Of a DNA stretch of 64,000 nucleotides, positions 25,313-39,940 are shown one piece after another. This DNA is from Bigelowiella natans CCMP2755 (Eukaryota; Protista; Cercozoa): the NCBI GenBank assembly GCA_000320545.1, contig ADNK01002625.1, positions 1-64,000 on the forward strand, given 5' to 3'. Within the stretch, counting starts at the first letter, position 1; each line of letters opens with the position of its first letter. The notes beneath the pieces were generated by a model that was given only the letters and a program-made list of their open reading frames with translations, did not search any database and was not told where the DNA came from. The translations under genes were made by a program, and so were the position numbers.

Positions 25313-25830
25313 GCATATAATAAATAATACCTTGGTTCATGACCCAATATTGTATTTATGCATATAATAAATGATACCTTGGTTCATGACCCAATATTGT
25401 AGCGTAAGCACTTCGCATCATGAAGGGGTTGGATAAATCACCGGGAATGACAGTACAGCCTTTGATATCAGCGTCGTCTGCATGAACAACTCCATGCTTC
25501 ATATATCGGTAAATGGAACTGGTAGGAGCGCTATTGAAATCCCCTATTAAACAATAAATCAACAACAGTTATGTATAAAATTATTGTTTGGGAGATGGAC
25601 AAAACAATTATCACCATCATCATCCACCGATAATAATTTATTAATTTAGATTAATGATAATATCACGCTCCCCCCCCCCCCTCCTCCTCCTCCTCCTCCT
25701 CCTCCTATAATAGTCTTTTATTTATATTTCAAGAATAGTTGCTGCTTCTTGCTTACACACCTGCGACAACTATCCTTGGGTTTGAGATTCCCTTGCACAT
25801 GTTTGAGATGGCATTCATAACCTACCATAG

Positions 25831-25863
<33 letters not shown>

Positions 25864-27842
25864 TTGATGATGATGTTGATGTTGATGATGATGTTGATGA
25901 TAATGATTTATAAAAACAATTATGGAACAAAATGGGTTGATTCTCATCGTTGTTAGATATTGGTGTCTTAGTCGTCGTTGTCTTACATGTGGTAATAATT
26001 GGTTGATTGGTGGATAAAAATTAGAAAATATGATTTGAGAAGTTGATGCATGAATGTCAGCTATTTCCTACTACTACTTCCGCTACAACAACAACAACAA
26101 CAACTACTACTACTACTACTACTACCACTACTACCATATGAGCTTGTAGCAGTCTAATAAATGGCCATGGTTTTGAATCTGATGCATAAAGGTGCACCGT
26201 TGACACAAATACGGAATTGTCGCTATTCCTTGGCGTAGTCTGCTTCTTCTTTCGTTGGTCACTGGCCATGCCCCCCCCCTTAATTTCATGTTTGAAAGAA
26301 TATGAAGGAGTTCCCGTAGGAGTGGGAGGGACCATCATCATCATATTTTTTCTCAGTTTCGGCGTTGGAGGGATGGGGAGTGGGGCGCTTCTCCGTGCTG
26401 CTTTCATAGCTTCAATAGCAGCCATAGATGGTGGTTTAAGCGACAAAGAACTTTTACGTCGTGAATTCGATGAGTAGGAGGAGGAGGAGGAAAAACTGGA
26501 GGCACGGCTACTACTGTTGGCATTGAAGTCTTGACCCGAGGTAGTATTATTATTATCATGATCATTAGTAGTTGCAGGGACTACTCGTTCCAACTCAAAT
26601 ATCAAGGCTTTTCGATTACACTTAAGGACTCTGCACTCGTCTTCAAATAAACGGTTATATGTTTCTATGTCGCTTAAATTTTTGTGTGCAGTGGGGAGAA
26701 ATGGCGACTTGAGCATATTTGCAAATTTCTTTCTTAATGTGCTATTACTATTGCTCCTATTTTTATCTTCGGACCACCCTCCTTCACCTTGAGCTTCCTC
26801 ATTCTTGCTCCTACTACTGCTTTGCCTTCTCATCTCCCTGGCCCATTTCTCAGCTACATCCAAAGAAACAACTTCATGTCGAACTTTTCTGAACACACTC
26901 TTTCGGTAGAAAATAGCACATCCATACTTGTGATTGCCCGCATACTCCCCATCGTAGCCCAAATGTTGCATATTTTGGATCCAATGCGTTTGCCAGTGCT
27001 TTTTATCAACCTCTTGAATGCATATCACATCTGCATCGTAAACACGAATGTGTTTCAGTAAGTTGTCTTTCCGATATGGCCATTGTAAAGCCCAGCCAGG
27101 GCATTTGCCTTTGAAACCTTGCCTAGTTGCCGCATCAGCTAGCGTATTCCACGTCAATAAACGAAACTTACCCATCCCCTCATCAATGGATTCCGAACGG
27201 TTGATATTTCTGTGATGCTTCCAAGGTCTTGGTGATGGCGTGCTTGGGTGTGGAATAACCGGCTGGCTAAATTCCAAGTAAGGCTTTTCATTTACCATAA
27301 GATTCACGCGTAGCACAAGGCCAACATCTTCTTGCTTCGGCGTGTACTCCCAAGTATCTCCAACAACCTCCCATTCTGACACTACCTTTCTCTCTGATGA
27401 AGAGGAAGAAGATGGAGACGATGAAGAAGATGGCTGAGAAGACTTGGCGTTGGTTGTTGTCTGTTGGTGTAGTAGTAGGTGCTGCTTGTTGTTCTTCCTA
27501 TACCATTTGATGGAATCCGGTCTCCTTGAAGGATCTGCTATCTCTGGATGAAGGGCAACACCAACAACAGGTTGAGGCAGTCGCACTATTTCGAATAGAT
27601 CTAAAGGGGGAGGCCGATGCCGCTGTGGTAGAGCCATATGGTTGTTCTGCACGGAAGGTGATCTACGGTGCGTGCCTATTTAGGAATGATACGAACAAAG
27701 AACAATAGCAATGTGTATAAGTTGATGATGCATACAGAAAAGAGAATGTAGCGGTGACAAAGTGGAAAAGTAGTATTATTCTGATCACCTGTCGGCTTCT
27801 TTCTTGGTGATTCAGCAGAAAAATTAAGCTTCAGATCAGGGC
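24730..27842 (-). CDS. CCR4/PDE12/nocturnin-family EEP deadenylase with a plant-CCR4/PDE12-type N-terminal domain
   Basis: ORF 26057-27652 has PVVGVALHP..WYR..WEVVGDTWEYTPKQEDVG, WNTLAD, WPYRKDNLL, ICIQEVD, GCAIFYRK and STVHL. Downstream exons give GDFNSAP, MRSAY..EP, YVWCT and SSDHQPL. Both ends are approximate. Confidence 0.9.
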
Positions 27843-28079
27843 TAACAAATATTATAACAACGTCATAAACAAGTTTCATGATGATGAAGATGACGATTCG
27901 AATCGGCACTTTTACTTTGATGTTTTTACATCACCATGCCACCATAAATTGAGACGACTTGGAACCAAAACATCATCACCACCACCACCATCAGTAGCAG
28001 CAGTAGTAGTCCATCAGAGTAATAATAATAGCAAACTTGTTTTCTTTATCTTCATTTTCTTCTTCTTTGATCATGGACT

Positions 28080-28193
28080 TACACACGGAATCCGCCACCG
28101 GAAAAAGACCTCCCCAAGCCCACACTACTCAATCCTCCACTGTTTGTGCTACCAACAGAATGACCTAGTAATAGATATCATGTTGTTAGATGA

Positions 28194-28225
<32 letters not shown>

Positions 28226-28697
28226 AGGACAAGATTGAATAAGAAGGCAATGAGGACGAAGTAATATCTTCTATAATGATGTTACCAGCCGCACCGTGAT
28301 AATAATGCTATTTTTTAGTGGATAATATTCATATGTATAATTAATGAGCACATTTCTATCATCGGAAATTGATGCAACATTCGATGGAATAATTACGATA
28401 TACACACGCTATTCTTGGTTAGTATTGTGATGCATATCTCACGTGCATGCTGAGGAGATGTATCTGGAGGCTGCTTGGACTTGGATGATGGGCTATTTCT
28501 TTTCCTTATATTTCCAAGAATCTCAGGAGATTTAAGCAGATTAGGGGACGATAAAGTGCGATGATTGTGCCTGAACAACCAAGGAATATCATCTGCCTCA
28601 GTCTAGACTCCCTCCTATTCTGTTTGCCTTCTTCTTATTCTTCTCTTTTGTGTTAACATTCCTTCTACTGCATACCCTCCTCCATACAATATAATAT

Positions 28698-28766
<69 letters not shown>

Positions 28767-29604
28767 TCCAGGAAAAACATCATTTTATACCTTGGAAACG
28801 TCAACGCGTATGTCGATGATGGAGTGCTGGTGCTAAGAATAGTAGTAGTAGGAAGTAAAGGATTTCATCATAGATCATGATCATATTGTGTATTTTGTAA
28901 CAATTTAATGGGTTAAAATCAACAATACCCCATTCTAGAGTCGCCTATCTCCCCCCAATGAAACCCTGATAAGATGATTACATGGAGATGAGAAAGTGGT
29001 GGAGGTGGATCACAAATATTCGCAAGGAAGAGAGACCGAGAATAATAAAGGGAGATATTCAAAAATGCCATGTTATGTTGACTGACAAAGCACGAATTTC
29101 GGAGACGACTTAAGTATTCAACGGCGAGATTAGGAAGTACTATCACGTGCTCACCTCCACGTTTTTGAGAATTTTTAGAGGTCATAAGTGGAGATGCAAG
29201 CCCCCTTGGTGCTGGTGGGGACTCTGAAAGATATTCTGAGGGCGAGTTTGACAACACAGAGACTAAAGATAGTATTACACAACATACCAAACCAACAAAG
29301 GAAGAACTCCGTAAATCACAATGGCTATATAACAGCGGAAATGACTTGATAACAGTGCACAAACGACGATTATTAGCACAAATGACTCCATAACAGAGCA
29401 CAAATGACGATTACTAGTATGGCCCCAAGGAAACCCCACATAGCACTTAGTCCTGTTACAGGTGCTGTTTCTAATACTACTACCGTGACTTCTAATAGGT
29501 GTAGATATTGGTGTAGGAACAGTAGGAGGAGGAGGCGCACATCCCTTCGGTCGATCCTCCTATAAAAAGTGAACAAGAAACCATAAATCAAAGAAAAACA
29601 CACA

Positions 29605-29645
<41 letters not shown>

Positions 29646-32480
29646 ATGAATCCACCTCCTAGTACAGTTCAGAGAGAAAATAGATAAACATATACAGCAG
29701 CAGCAAGAGTACTCACAGTAGGTGCTTGAAGAGTAATATTCATTTTCGAGGACATCATCGGTTGGTCTTCATCATTTGACTCTGTTGGTAGTATCAGAAA
29801 ACAAGTACACAGAACAATCAACAAATTTGGGTGATGGCTTGAATGACGGCATCCAGTATCGCCCTTTTGAACGCATCAAGTACTAACATAGAACCATGAG
29901 CTGCTAAAATATTATTAACCTTTGACTATTGTTCGCGGTATTGCGAATATAAATCTTTTTGTTATGTTTGCTGAACGGTGTTTTAATGTACATTTTCGGT
30001 GTTTTTTCACATGATTTCCAGATGCAAAATAAGAATATTTCATATTACCCAAAATGCCAAAGATAGAACATAAATGTGCATGAATAAATAATAACAATGA
30101 TTAATGATGATTGATGAATCATAGCTACTACCTGATTCCGATCCCTTCTGTTCTTCATCTTCTTCCTTTGCATCATCATCGTCCAGTAGCTTATTGTCAT
30201 TCTTTTTCTCAACCCTTTTTCCTTCGAAACTGTTTAACCGCAACCCTTCTTCACTAGCCTCCTCCTCATTCTTTTCATAGCTGGTGCTACTACTATTGTT
30301 ATCTTTGCTCTTTTTAATAATTCTGGAGGCAGTAGTCGAAATGGATAGAGGTCTCCGCAATATCCCCCCCCCTTTTTCATTGTTGTTGCTGTTGGTGGTA
30401 CTACTGCTATATGGCATGGGAATCCCTCCACCGCCACCTTTTCTTGGAGGAGGGGGACTCATCGGCTTCAAAGGACTCATATTGTAATGAAGTATTCGTC
30501 CAGGGGTACTGAGATCATCCACCAAGTAATACATTAAAAAACCACTGCGAGAATGCATATTTACTACATATTCAATGACATCCTCTCTGGAGTTGTGTAA
30601 TTTATAATATCGATTAGTGGTAGTAGTAGTAGTAGTAGTAGTAGTAATAGCCATTTGATAGACCGATTCTTCGATGGTAACGTCAACCAACATGTTATTA
30701 TTATTATAGTGCGTATTTTAAATTCTGACCGTATTCCATTGGGATCTTCGTCGTCATAATCCTCTTTGCAACGTGTACGGTTCAAAGAAGAAGAGTGGTC
30801 TCGTGATCTCTCCCTGCTAAGTTCCCTAGAGGAAGAGTGTAAACCACCGACGACGATCTAGAGAAGAAGAAATATTCAATAAAATAAACCACAACTCAGA
30901 CGTGTTGTACGTGGTCACCACTACATTTCTCAAATATATTCGAAGCTAAAATATATGCGGTTGACATATTTTCGTGATTTGAGAGCTGTGAACACCTCCT
31001 TCTCTTTTGTAATGTCATGCTGTGGAGGCTTGTGAGAATCGTTGTTCATTAAACCCATCATCATCATCACCCCAATTTTCTTGTTTTTCTCCAACTACAT
31101 TTCCAAGTGCATTAAAATTTCTTTCATTCTATGTTTAATATAATTTCAATGCAAATGCATGCATTCAGGGAATAAAAGATTGGTCAAAATGAGCAATAGG
31201 AGCTATGTATGCTACCCTTGTCCTATCTTCAAAATTCAGCCCGGGGATATTTATCGGCGATTCTCCAGCCTTTGTTATTTTTGGTATATTCAATTCAAAC
31301 CCAGTAGCTCTTTTGGTCTCGTTCCTGGGGTTTACAATATAGACACAACAACCGTTAGGAGAAATGCTAGTTTTGCGAAACCACTACAGGAGTTTTGCGC
31401 TACAATATCTTTAAAATTACCTCGGAGATACATGGCAACGCTCTGAAAGAGAGCTTGAAAGATCGGAATACTCCCGATCGCCTTTTGAAGGAACAGCTAC
31501 ATCGTCATCAATCTCCATTTTCGAATTTCCACCTCGGACCACCCCTTCCAAATTGTTGGTTCTTATCATGCGTTGTGGACGTTGCAACTGAGTAGCTGAG
31601 ATTTATTTTCCCCACACCTGCAATTCAAAAAACCAATAAATTCTATTATAATACAGGCCTTCCGATCTAGCAATATATCAATTCTCAGTATAAGTCCTCC
31701 TGTGATCGCGGTAGTCAGTGGTGGCAAAGTATGCGGTAGACAGTTTCACGTTTGAATGCCTTCACCACCGACACCACATCTCAATTATAATTTTTCACGT
31801 ATTGAAAGAAGTCTATATTTCTGAAGAAAGAATGACGCTTCATGTGAATGTTTCGTATTGTCCACTACAATCTTTTTTTCATTTTTTGAGCTCCGCGATT
31901 GCAATACAGAGGTTTTATCAGAGCTACGTTCGGGCTGACCTTCTTCAGCAGTCCAGTATATTGGTGTGATGGCCTCAAGGCAAGTGTAAGTCCTCTACCT
32001 TTCCTTCTAAGTGCTATGGCCACCACAGTAGCAATGCCATATCCGCTTCTTCTTCACACACTTCCAAATGGCTTCTTTTCAGGGCGTTCGTTCAGAGGTA
32101 GGCAAGCAGTTAGATCAACGATTGCTTTGAAATAACACTGAATTTCCTTCTGAGACATCAATAAATACTAAAATATTGCTATAAATCACTGCATCAGTCA
32201 CTTAATCGGTTGCAAATACTTTTTCAAAACTCAGCGCTGAAGTTAAAGTACGACAAAATTATCAACACCGTCTCAACCTTTTCCAAGGCGGAAGTAAAAA
32301 AGGACCTACATCTTTAAAAGGAAGGTTGAAAACGATCGTAGTGGAGAGTTCCTTTTTGTCCAAAAAATTTGGCCAAGCGATTGTCGTACATACTATGAAG
32401 TAATGAAATCAGGGCCGCTTAATGTGTGTTGTGCCGAGCGAGCTCGAACAACTACCAAGAATACCGGCTGCAAACACGCC
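28080..32480 (-). CDS. Further low-complexity spliced exons: either a 5' extension of the CCR4-like gene or a separate hypothetical gene
   Basis: Open segments with splice-like ends at about 28082-28150, 28440-28680, 29153-29210, 29455-29560 and 30130-30615. No domain recognised. Confidence 0.4.
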
Positions 32481-32956
32481 CAAACAACGACTGGAATAAT
32501 AGACGTATGTGTGACAACCATCCGATCAAGATTTTATCTTTGCGGATGAATAATGTGCTATTTATAGCATGAGATGGCTTCCTTCCCAAGAATTCTTATT
32601 CTTTGATCCCAGTACATGTGCAACAGAGGTGACCGTAAACAGACACATTTTGGTAAGACATATCACCGTTGAGTTATGAACAGATTGGGGTAAAATGTGG
32701 GCATAATATTGAATATTTCCTGATATTTTTTTACGATATATAAGTGTCAAATTATTGTCTAATTGGTGCACATGTTGTTGTTTCTGTTCTCCGCATGCTG
32801 TCTGGGTATGCAGTCACAGATGCCCCCATCTCATCACAACGATGATGCAGAGAATGTTCGGCCACTCTTGTCAATAACTGTACTATGGATCATTTAGCGT
32901 ACGAAGTAGCAATAAGTGGTCCACTGGAAGGGCAAGAAACATTTTTGTGAGGAAGA

Positions 32957-35900
32957 ATGAAAGTTTTTGACAGCAGCAGGGGATCCAGCAGGGGGAGGAG
33001 AATCTGCTGCGACTGCAAGGGATATGGGATTTATGCGGCTGCTGGCAATTCTGTTTACTACCACCGACTTCTCTCTGTGCTGGCCTCCGCTATATGCTCC
33101 GTCATAATGATGATGATAGCAATGCCAATGGTAGAAGTAGACTAAACCGTACAAACGATTAACCACGATATTCTTCTCTAATTATCTACTATTTGTTATC
33201 ACCATACAGCAGATGGAGGACCAACAGGGTTATGAGGGTAGATATAACAGCACACCAGCCTCATCTTCATACTCCTACCATCACAGTCATTATTGCCACA
33301 GTAGAAGCAGTAGTAGTCCCAGTAGTAGTACTAGTAGTGCTAGTAGAAGTAGTAGTGGTAGTAGTAGTAGAGGTAGGAATAATCTGGGTAGCAGCTTGTA
33401 TATGTTGAGGCATAAATCGGCTTATCACCAAATTGGGAGTGAAAAGTATAAGCAGAAGCCGCAGGCAGAGGTCCGTGAGAGCATTCCATTCAAGAAAGTC
33501 CCCACAAACTGGCTACCAAAGGTGAGTCGATGGATGACACGATCATGATAATTGATGATGATTCAGACGATAACGAAACATATAGTGGTGGTGATAGCTG
33601 GGAATACTTTTGTGTGGTATTATTATTATTATTATTATTGTTGTTGTTGTTAGGACACCTTGGTAAGCACCGTTACTGGGCTAGGATGCTATCCAGTTGA
33701 AGTTAGAGATATCATTTGGCAAGTTGGCCGAAGAGGGAGAGATGACCTCTTCATACAACATCCATATTCCCTTTGTTTTGGCCCGGATGGGTGAGCAGCT
33801 TAGTCATCATCATCATCATTATCATCATCATCATCATCATCTAGTGCATTCATGATCCATTCTTATCAATATGTTCCTCCTCATCCTTGATACTACTACA
33901 CATACAAACAGGTGGCTTTACGTTGTCGATTCCATGGTGCATAGAATTGTGCGAATTCACCCTAAGCATGGGTACGGAGAGCACGTAGCAGGATTCGGCT
34001 TAAACCACATATCAGAAGACATGTACGCTGGGACAGGACGGCTGTTTAGAGATGGGGTTGGATCGGAGGCCATGTTTGAAACGCCTATGGGCATTGCTAT
34101 CGACAAGAAGAGTGGAATCATCGTGGTATTCGATGCACGTATGTGTGTATGCAATGAAGATTAAGTGAATGGATGAGGATGTTCACGATGACGGAGTGCT
34201 AGTTGCGGGACTAAACTGCTACTTTTATTGAGAATTAGCATGATGGCATCTTCTTCATCATCATCATCATCTTCTTCTTCTTCCTTGCTCATTGCTGGTA
34301 TTAGGTAGCTGATACGGATAACAACCGTATTCGAAGGATTTTCCCTAACAGAAACGTCGATACGCTAGCAGGACCAGGAATCAATCCGTAACTAGTTACT
34401 ACTACTACTACTACAACTGCGTGTGTTGTTGTTTGTTTGTTTGTATGCGCATGTACTGTATCTTATTATGTAGTTCAAAAGCTAAGGAAATAAACATTCA
34501 TTACATCGTTGTTTTTACTTTCCTCACCTCCTCTCTCCTCTTTCCACGGTTAGCTTCGGTTATATTCATTGTTGCGATTCTTCCTTTTAGTGGTTTGGTT
34601 CATTTTGATGATCTTATCTGATGATAACACACAACAATGACTTAGATACGAGCATGTGTTGAAGGACCTGCTAGGAATATCAACGAAAGACCTTAAAGCG
34701 CGGATATCAAATTCCGAAGATGAATCACTTGCTTCTGAGGATGCACCGTAATAGGAGATAAATAGAGTATGCGTACTAGATGGAAATGGATAATAATAAT
34801 AATGATAATAACAATCTCACATATACTAAATCTTTCATATTTAAAGTGGTTCATAATTACATAGTGAGACGTCATTATTTACTACTGGTTGGTGCTGAAT
34901 ACTAGGTTACATGAACGTCAGTTTTTATACCGAAAGTATCGCAACTGTCCTTTGAATTCTCCACGTGCTGTTGCATGCGACAAGCATGGAAATGTTTACA
35001 TAGCAGATTCCTCAAACTATATGATCAAAAAGGTACTACTACTACAACAACAACAACAACTACTACTACTACTACTATTACTACTACTATTACTAGCGAG
35101 TTGTTTGTAGTGATAAATAGTTTCTATAGTACTCACTACACACGTGTACATCGATAATGTGATATTGCTATTCATCGTGCAATAACAAGACATATTGCTC
35201 ATGCAGGTATCCCCAAACAAGCACTTGACTCATGTAGCTGGAACTGGAGAGAGGGGGTGGAGAGATGGGCCTTCAAAATACGCAAGGTTGGGTTGTGTGA
35301 AATCTCTCGCAGTTGACGATGAAGGAAACGTCTTCTTCACCGATCCAATCAAATTCATAAGCGGGGATAACCACCACATACGAAGAGTCACCCCTTGGGG
35401 CTATGTAGAGACTATTGCAGGAGCAGGTCACAACAAAGAACAGCTGTGTGAATATTGGCTAACAATACCTGCTGCTACTACTACTGCTGCAGTCTAATAA
35501 TACATAAAGAACATGGTTATGTAATAGTAGTAAGTATCAACATGGATGTTCTTGTTAAAAGTGTTATTCTTCTTCATATTCTTCTCATGAATCTTCGTCT
35601 TCTTCTTATTTTTCTTATTATCATGACACACAGGAGAGGCTGGCATAAGAGACGGCCCCTTTTCATCGGCATTATTTCATAACCCAGCAGGGCTATGCAT
35701 TGATAAGTACGGGAACATCCTAGTCGCTGATACTACTAATTGCAAGATTAGACGCCTAACTCCGGGTGGAGAAGTAACGACTATAGCTGGGTCAGGGGGG
35801 TATAACCCTATCTTTGGCCATAGAGATGGATATGGTAATAGGAGTACCATCATATCTCTACTGCTACTACTGCTGCTACTACTACTACTATGTGATGACA

Positions 35901-36166
35901 GTGATAGAATGAAGTAGATATTGACTCATGATTGATGGTTATTTCGATGTCTTGATTCTGATGTTAGTGTTGTTGGGTGTTGTTAAGGACCCTTCTCGTA
36001 CTTCGGTTATCCCTTTGGTATTACCACCGATGTGAATGGGGAGATCTGGGTTGGTGATACGTTCAATGGCATGATAAGAAAGCTGTCCTACGATCCTGCC
36101 AGGGCATGCCTGGCAAAGGAAAAGGTTCAATGTGAGAATGTGCCTGATAAAGGGCGACAGTTTGAT

Positions 36167-36200
<34 letters not shown>

Positions 36201-37323
36201 GGTGCTAAAAAGAGAGGAGAAGATAAGACAAATATACAACAATGTCCGCGGTAGTAGAGATCAACAGCTTCCCATTCATAATAGAAGTAGTAGTAGGAGG
36301 CGTGTGAAAGGGATTGTGCACTACTGTAACGACGATATGGATGATGCTAATGATGACTACCATGGGGGTAGCACTGATATGATGGAAACTGTATCTATTG
36401 ACGACGACGATGATGATGATAATGACAATGAGAATCAAGGCAAGAAAGAGGAAAAGGAAGAACAAGAAGAGTCTCGAAGACTCTCTAAGTACTATAACAA
36501 TGATGACTACCATCAAAGTATCAATGAAATGGCCTTTAGTCGCGAAAACCTACTGCGCACACAAGGAGGCAGCAGAGATGTGATGCCCTACTACAAGATT
36601 CAGTCGGTCTTAGACGCTCTCAAGAAAGCTTACTTTCCTAAGGCCTTTCAGGCACATGAATTGCTGGAGGGAAGGAAAAAAACAAATGAAATCATACGTC
36701 ATGATGAGAAGAATGCATTAGAATTTATCAAGGTTCTATAATGCATTGAACGTATCGATAGTACATCAATAAATGATATGTTTTAAAGGCTGTCTACAGG
36801 GCATATTCCATCACCACCATATCCCTTCATCCCAATTATTGTTGTTGTTGTTGTTGTTGTTTTGCCATTCATCCTGACAGAATGCAATCAGTCTTTAATG
36901 ACACTGATATCGTTTATTTTCCTCGCTTCGTGTGTTGTTGGTGCTGCTATCCTAATGCGACGAATCGAGCAATAATGATAACATTCTACGATGTTTGATT
37001 CATTAGGCTTTACCACAGCTGCTGCTTAAGGAGGGCGGTTTCGATCTCCAGCATCCTCATGTGCTAATCAATCCTGATAATAATGATGATAATGATGGTG
37101 ATAATGATGACTGGACGATAATATATTTATAATATATCTTCATTGTTATGATAAATTCTTCTCAGCTTCCATGGCGATGCAGTCTCTGTGGAAATATGAA
37201 CAACATAGTAAAAGATGAAACATGCGCCAATTGTGGTGATACAAAAGCGCAAACGATAAACCAAGTAAAGGAGAAGGCAAGAAGGCTGGGCATTGCTAAC
37301 ATAAGCGGTCATTTCGCAATACA

Positions 37324-37359
<36 letters not shown>

Positions 37360-37928
37360 CGCGCACATGTATATTTCAGAGGCTGTTGCAATACTATCCA
37401 CACTTTGTTCGCATAGTTCTTTATATTTCCATGCATCCTACTATTTGCCATTGTATCTTCTTCTTCCTATTCTTGCCTAATTTCCTCATACTGTCTATAT
37501 CCATTGCTTCATCGATTTATTTAGCCATTTACCTATTGATATTTTGATTTAAGCAGAATTGGTAGAGTCACGCTTTCTCGATGGCTCCGTAAGTCTTCCA
37601 GCGGATCGAATAGCTAATCCACCAAAACTATCATCAATTAGCGACAATTCCCTTGTGTCTGCTGCGAAGAAAAAGGCCTTGGAGAAAGAGAAGGATAAGC
37701 TGATGGCGCAGGGGTTTGATCTCTCTAACGAAGGTCTAGTCAAAGACATGCTGCATTTGCCGTCTAGAATGACTCTTTTGAGAGAGGCGCGTAAGAAGGC
37801 CTTTGGAGGAAAAGCTGCGAAGAAGCTCGATCAAGATGCTAAGAAGGTTTGTTGTCAACTATTAGATTACTGATTTATACGACGATGAGCTTATGTATTC
37901 GTCCTAGATTGATTGATGGTCATTGATA

Positions 37929-37962
<34 letters not shown>

Positions 37963-38106
37963 CTTGATGATGATGATTATGGTGATGCTGATTGGAAAGA
38001 CAAAGAGCCATTTAAGATATAAAGATGTAGAACTACGGTGAAGCAATGAAAATAGTAAAAGAGATCATTGCTCGAAGTAATCTAATCTTATCATTACGAT
38101 ATAACG

Positions 38107-38145
<39 letters not shown>

Positions 38146-39233
38146 TGTTTGTGTGTTTGATTTTTGCCTAACTCTGCTTATTCTTTCTTCTTCTTCTTTG
38201 CATTTCCACACAGGTCAAATTTAGAACTAGTGGCAAGGATATGTCGGCAAATAAGCTTCGTGACTTAACAGCTGAGAAAGCTGGAGAGGCGTTGAAATAT
38301 AAGGGTGATATGGATGCAAATCTTGATGAAATGTTTAAGCAACGGTATGTGACCAAGAATGACCTCCTACAACCCGACTTCTACGACGATGATGATAAGG
38401 CACGATCCAGCAATGAGGATATTGATGATGATGGCTATGATGCCAAAGCAGGAGGAAGAGGAAGAAAGGGGGAATATAAAAGCAGCACTAGTCGTCGCAG
38501 AAACAGTTATAGCCTACCAGATATTGCTGATAATGATGGTGTTAGTGGTAAAAATAAGACGAGGGAGGAGAAATTGACAACAGATAGAGTGCAATATAAA
38601 CTGGAAGAAGGCAAAGATCGTATAGCCTCAAGCCTGATGGAAGTAGCCTCGCCCTCCTCTTCATTAACAGCAGCGAAGAATGAAATGGCTGCGACAGAAT
38701 CTAGAAGTGCAAAGACTGTAATACAACGGAAAACTACCAAGGGCAATAGCAAGAAAAAAAGGTTTCCGAAGGACAGTATACGCGGTGATGACGATGAAGG
38801 CCTCAATGGCCTCGTTGTTGGCGCACACTCATCTTCCTCCTCATTAGATGAATTTGAGCAAATGCTTAAAGACGCAAACGACGATGTAAAGGTTGAAGGA
38901 GGGGGTAAACAGAGAATCTACCCAGAAGACTTTGAATATGAAGGGACTTTCAAAACCCCTCCACGCACTAATCATGAGGGTGCAGCAGTGCCGATACGGT
39001 ACTATAAGGTTACTCTAACATCGAAGCCATTGGGAATTACTCTTTACCCAGATACCACAAGAGTGCAATCTGTTAGTGACAAGGCCAGACGCCTTGGCGT
39101 ATCCATCAACGATTCTCTTATCACAATCAACCGAAACTTTGTAGGCCCATTTAATTGGAAGAAGAAGTTTGAGGAGGTGGATGTGCCTATGAAGATGGGA
39201 TTTGCTGGTGTGGATCATTCGGTACTAGTATTC

Positions 39234-39279
<46 letters not shown>

Positions 39280-39907
39280 TATATTTATATATACATTTTC
39301 ACAGATGACAACGCAAAGTGTGTTTTGCTATTGTTAATGGTGTTGTATTATTGTGCTTTGTCTCTATTACTAGCGTCTTCGTGAGATGAAAAGGAAAGAA
39401 AATGCGGAAAAGGAACAGGAGCACGAACCAACAGCAGAAAACCCAAATGTCTTTGATGAGAAGCAATATCACAACGCTACTACTATTACTACTACTACTA
39501 CTACTGCTATTTCTACTACCACCGGCAGCAGCAGCACCTGGAACATGCCAGAACCGTAAGACATTAACATAACAATGTCCTGACCTCTCATCATTAACAA
39601 ACAGCAAGAACATCAATACCACGATATTAACTAATAAGGATCATTTTCAAATTAATGATATAATTAGAGCAATGCATCTATCCCCTCCCAACCGTCCCCC
39701 TTGCTGCCTTCTTAGTTTTACAGATCCAGTGGATGCTGAGACCAAGCGTAAGATAAAGACGCTGGTTAGCCTGATGCATCGTATGGGATTTCGAGACTAT
39801 GGAAAGGGGCCTTATCCAGGAGCAAGGGTAAGTGCGTTGTCTCTTCCTCAAGCGTGTTGATTGAAGAGTGCGTTTCATGTGATGATAACGATGACGATGA
39901 CGACGAC

Positions 39908-39940
<33 letters not shown>

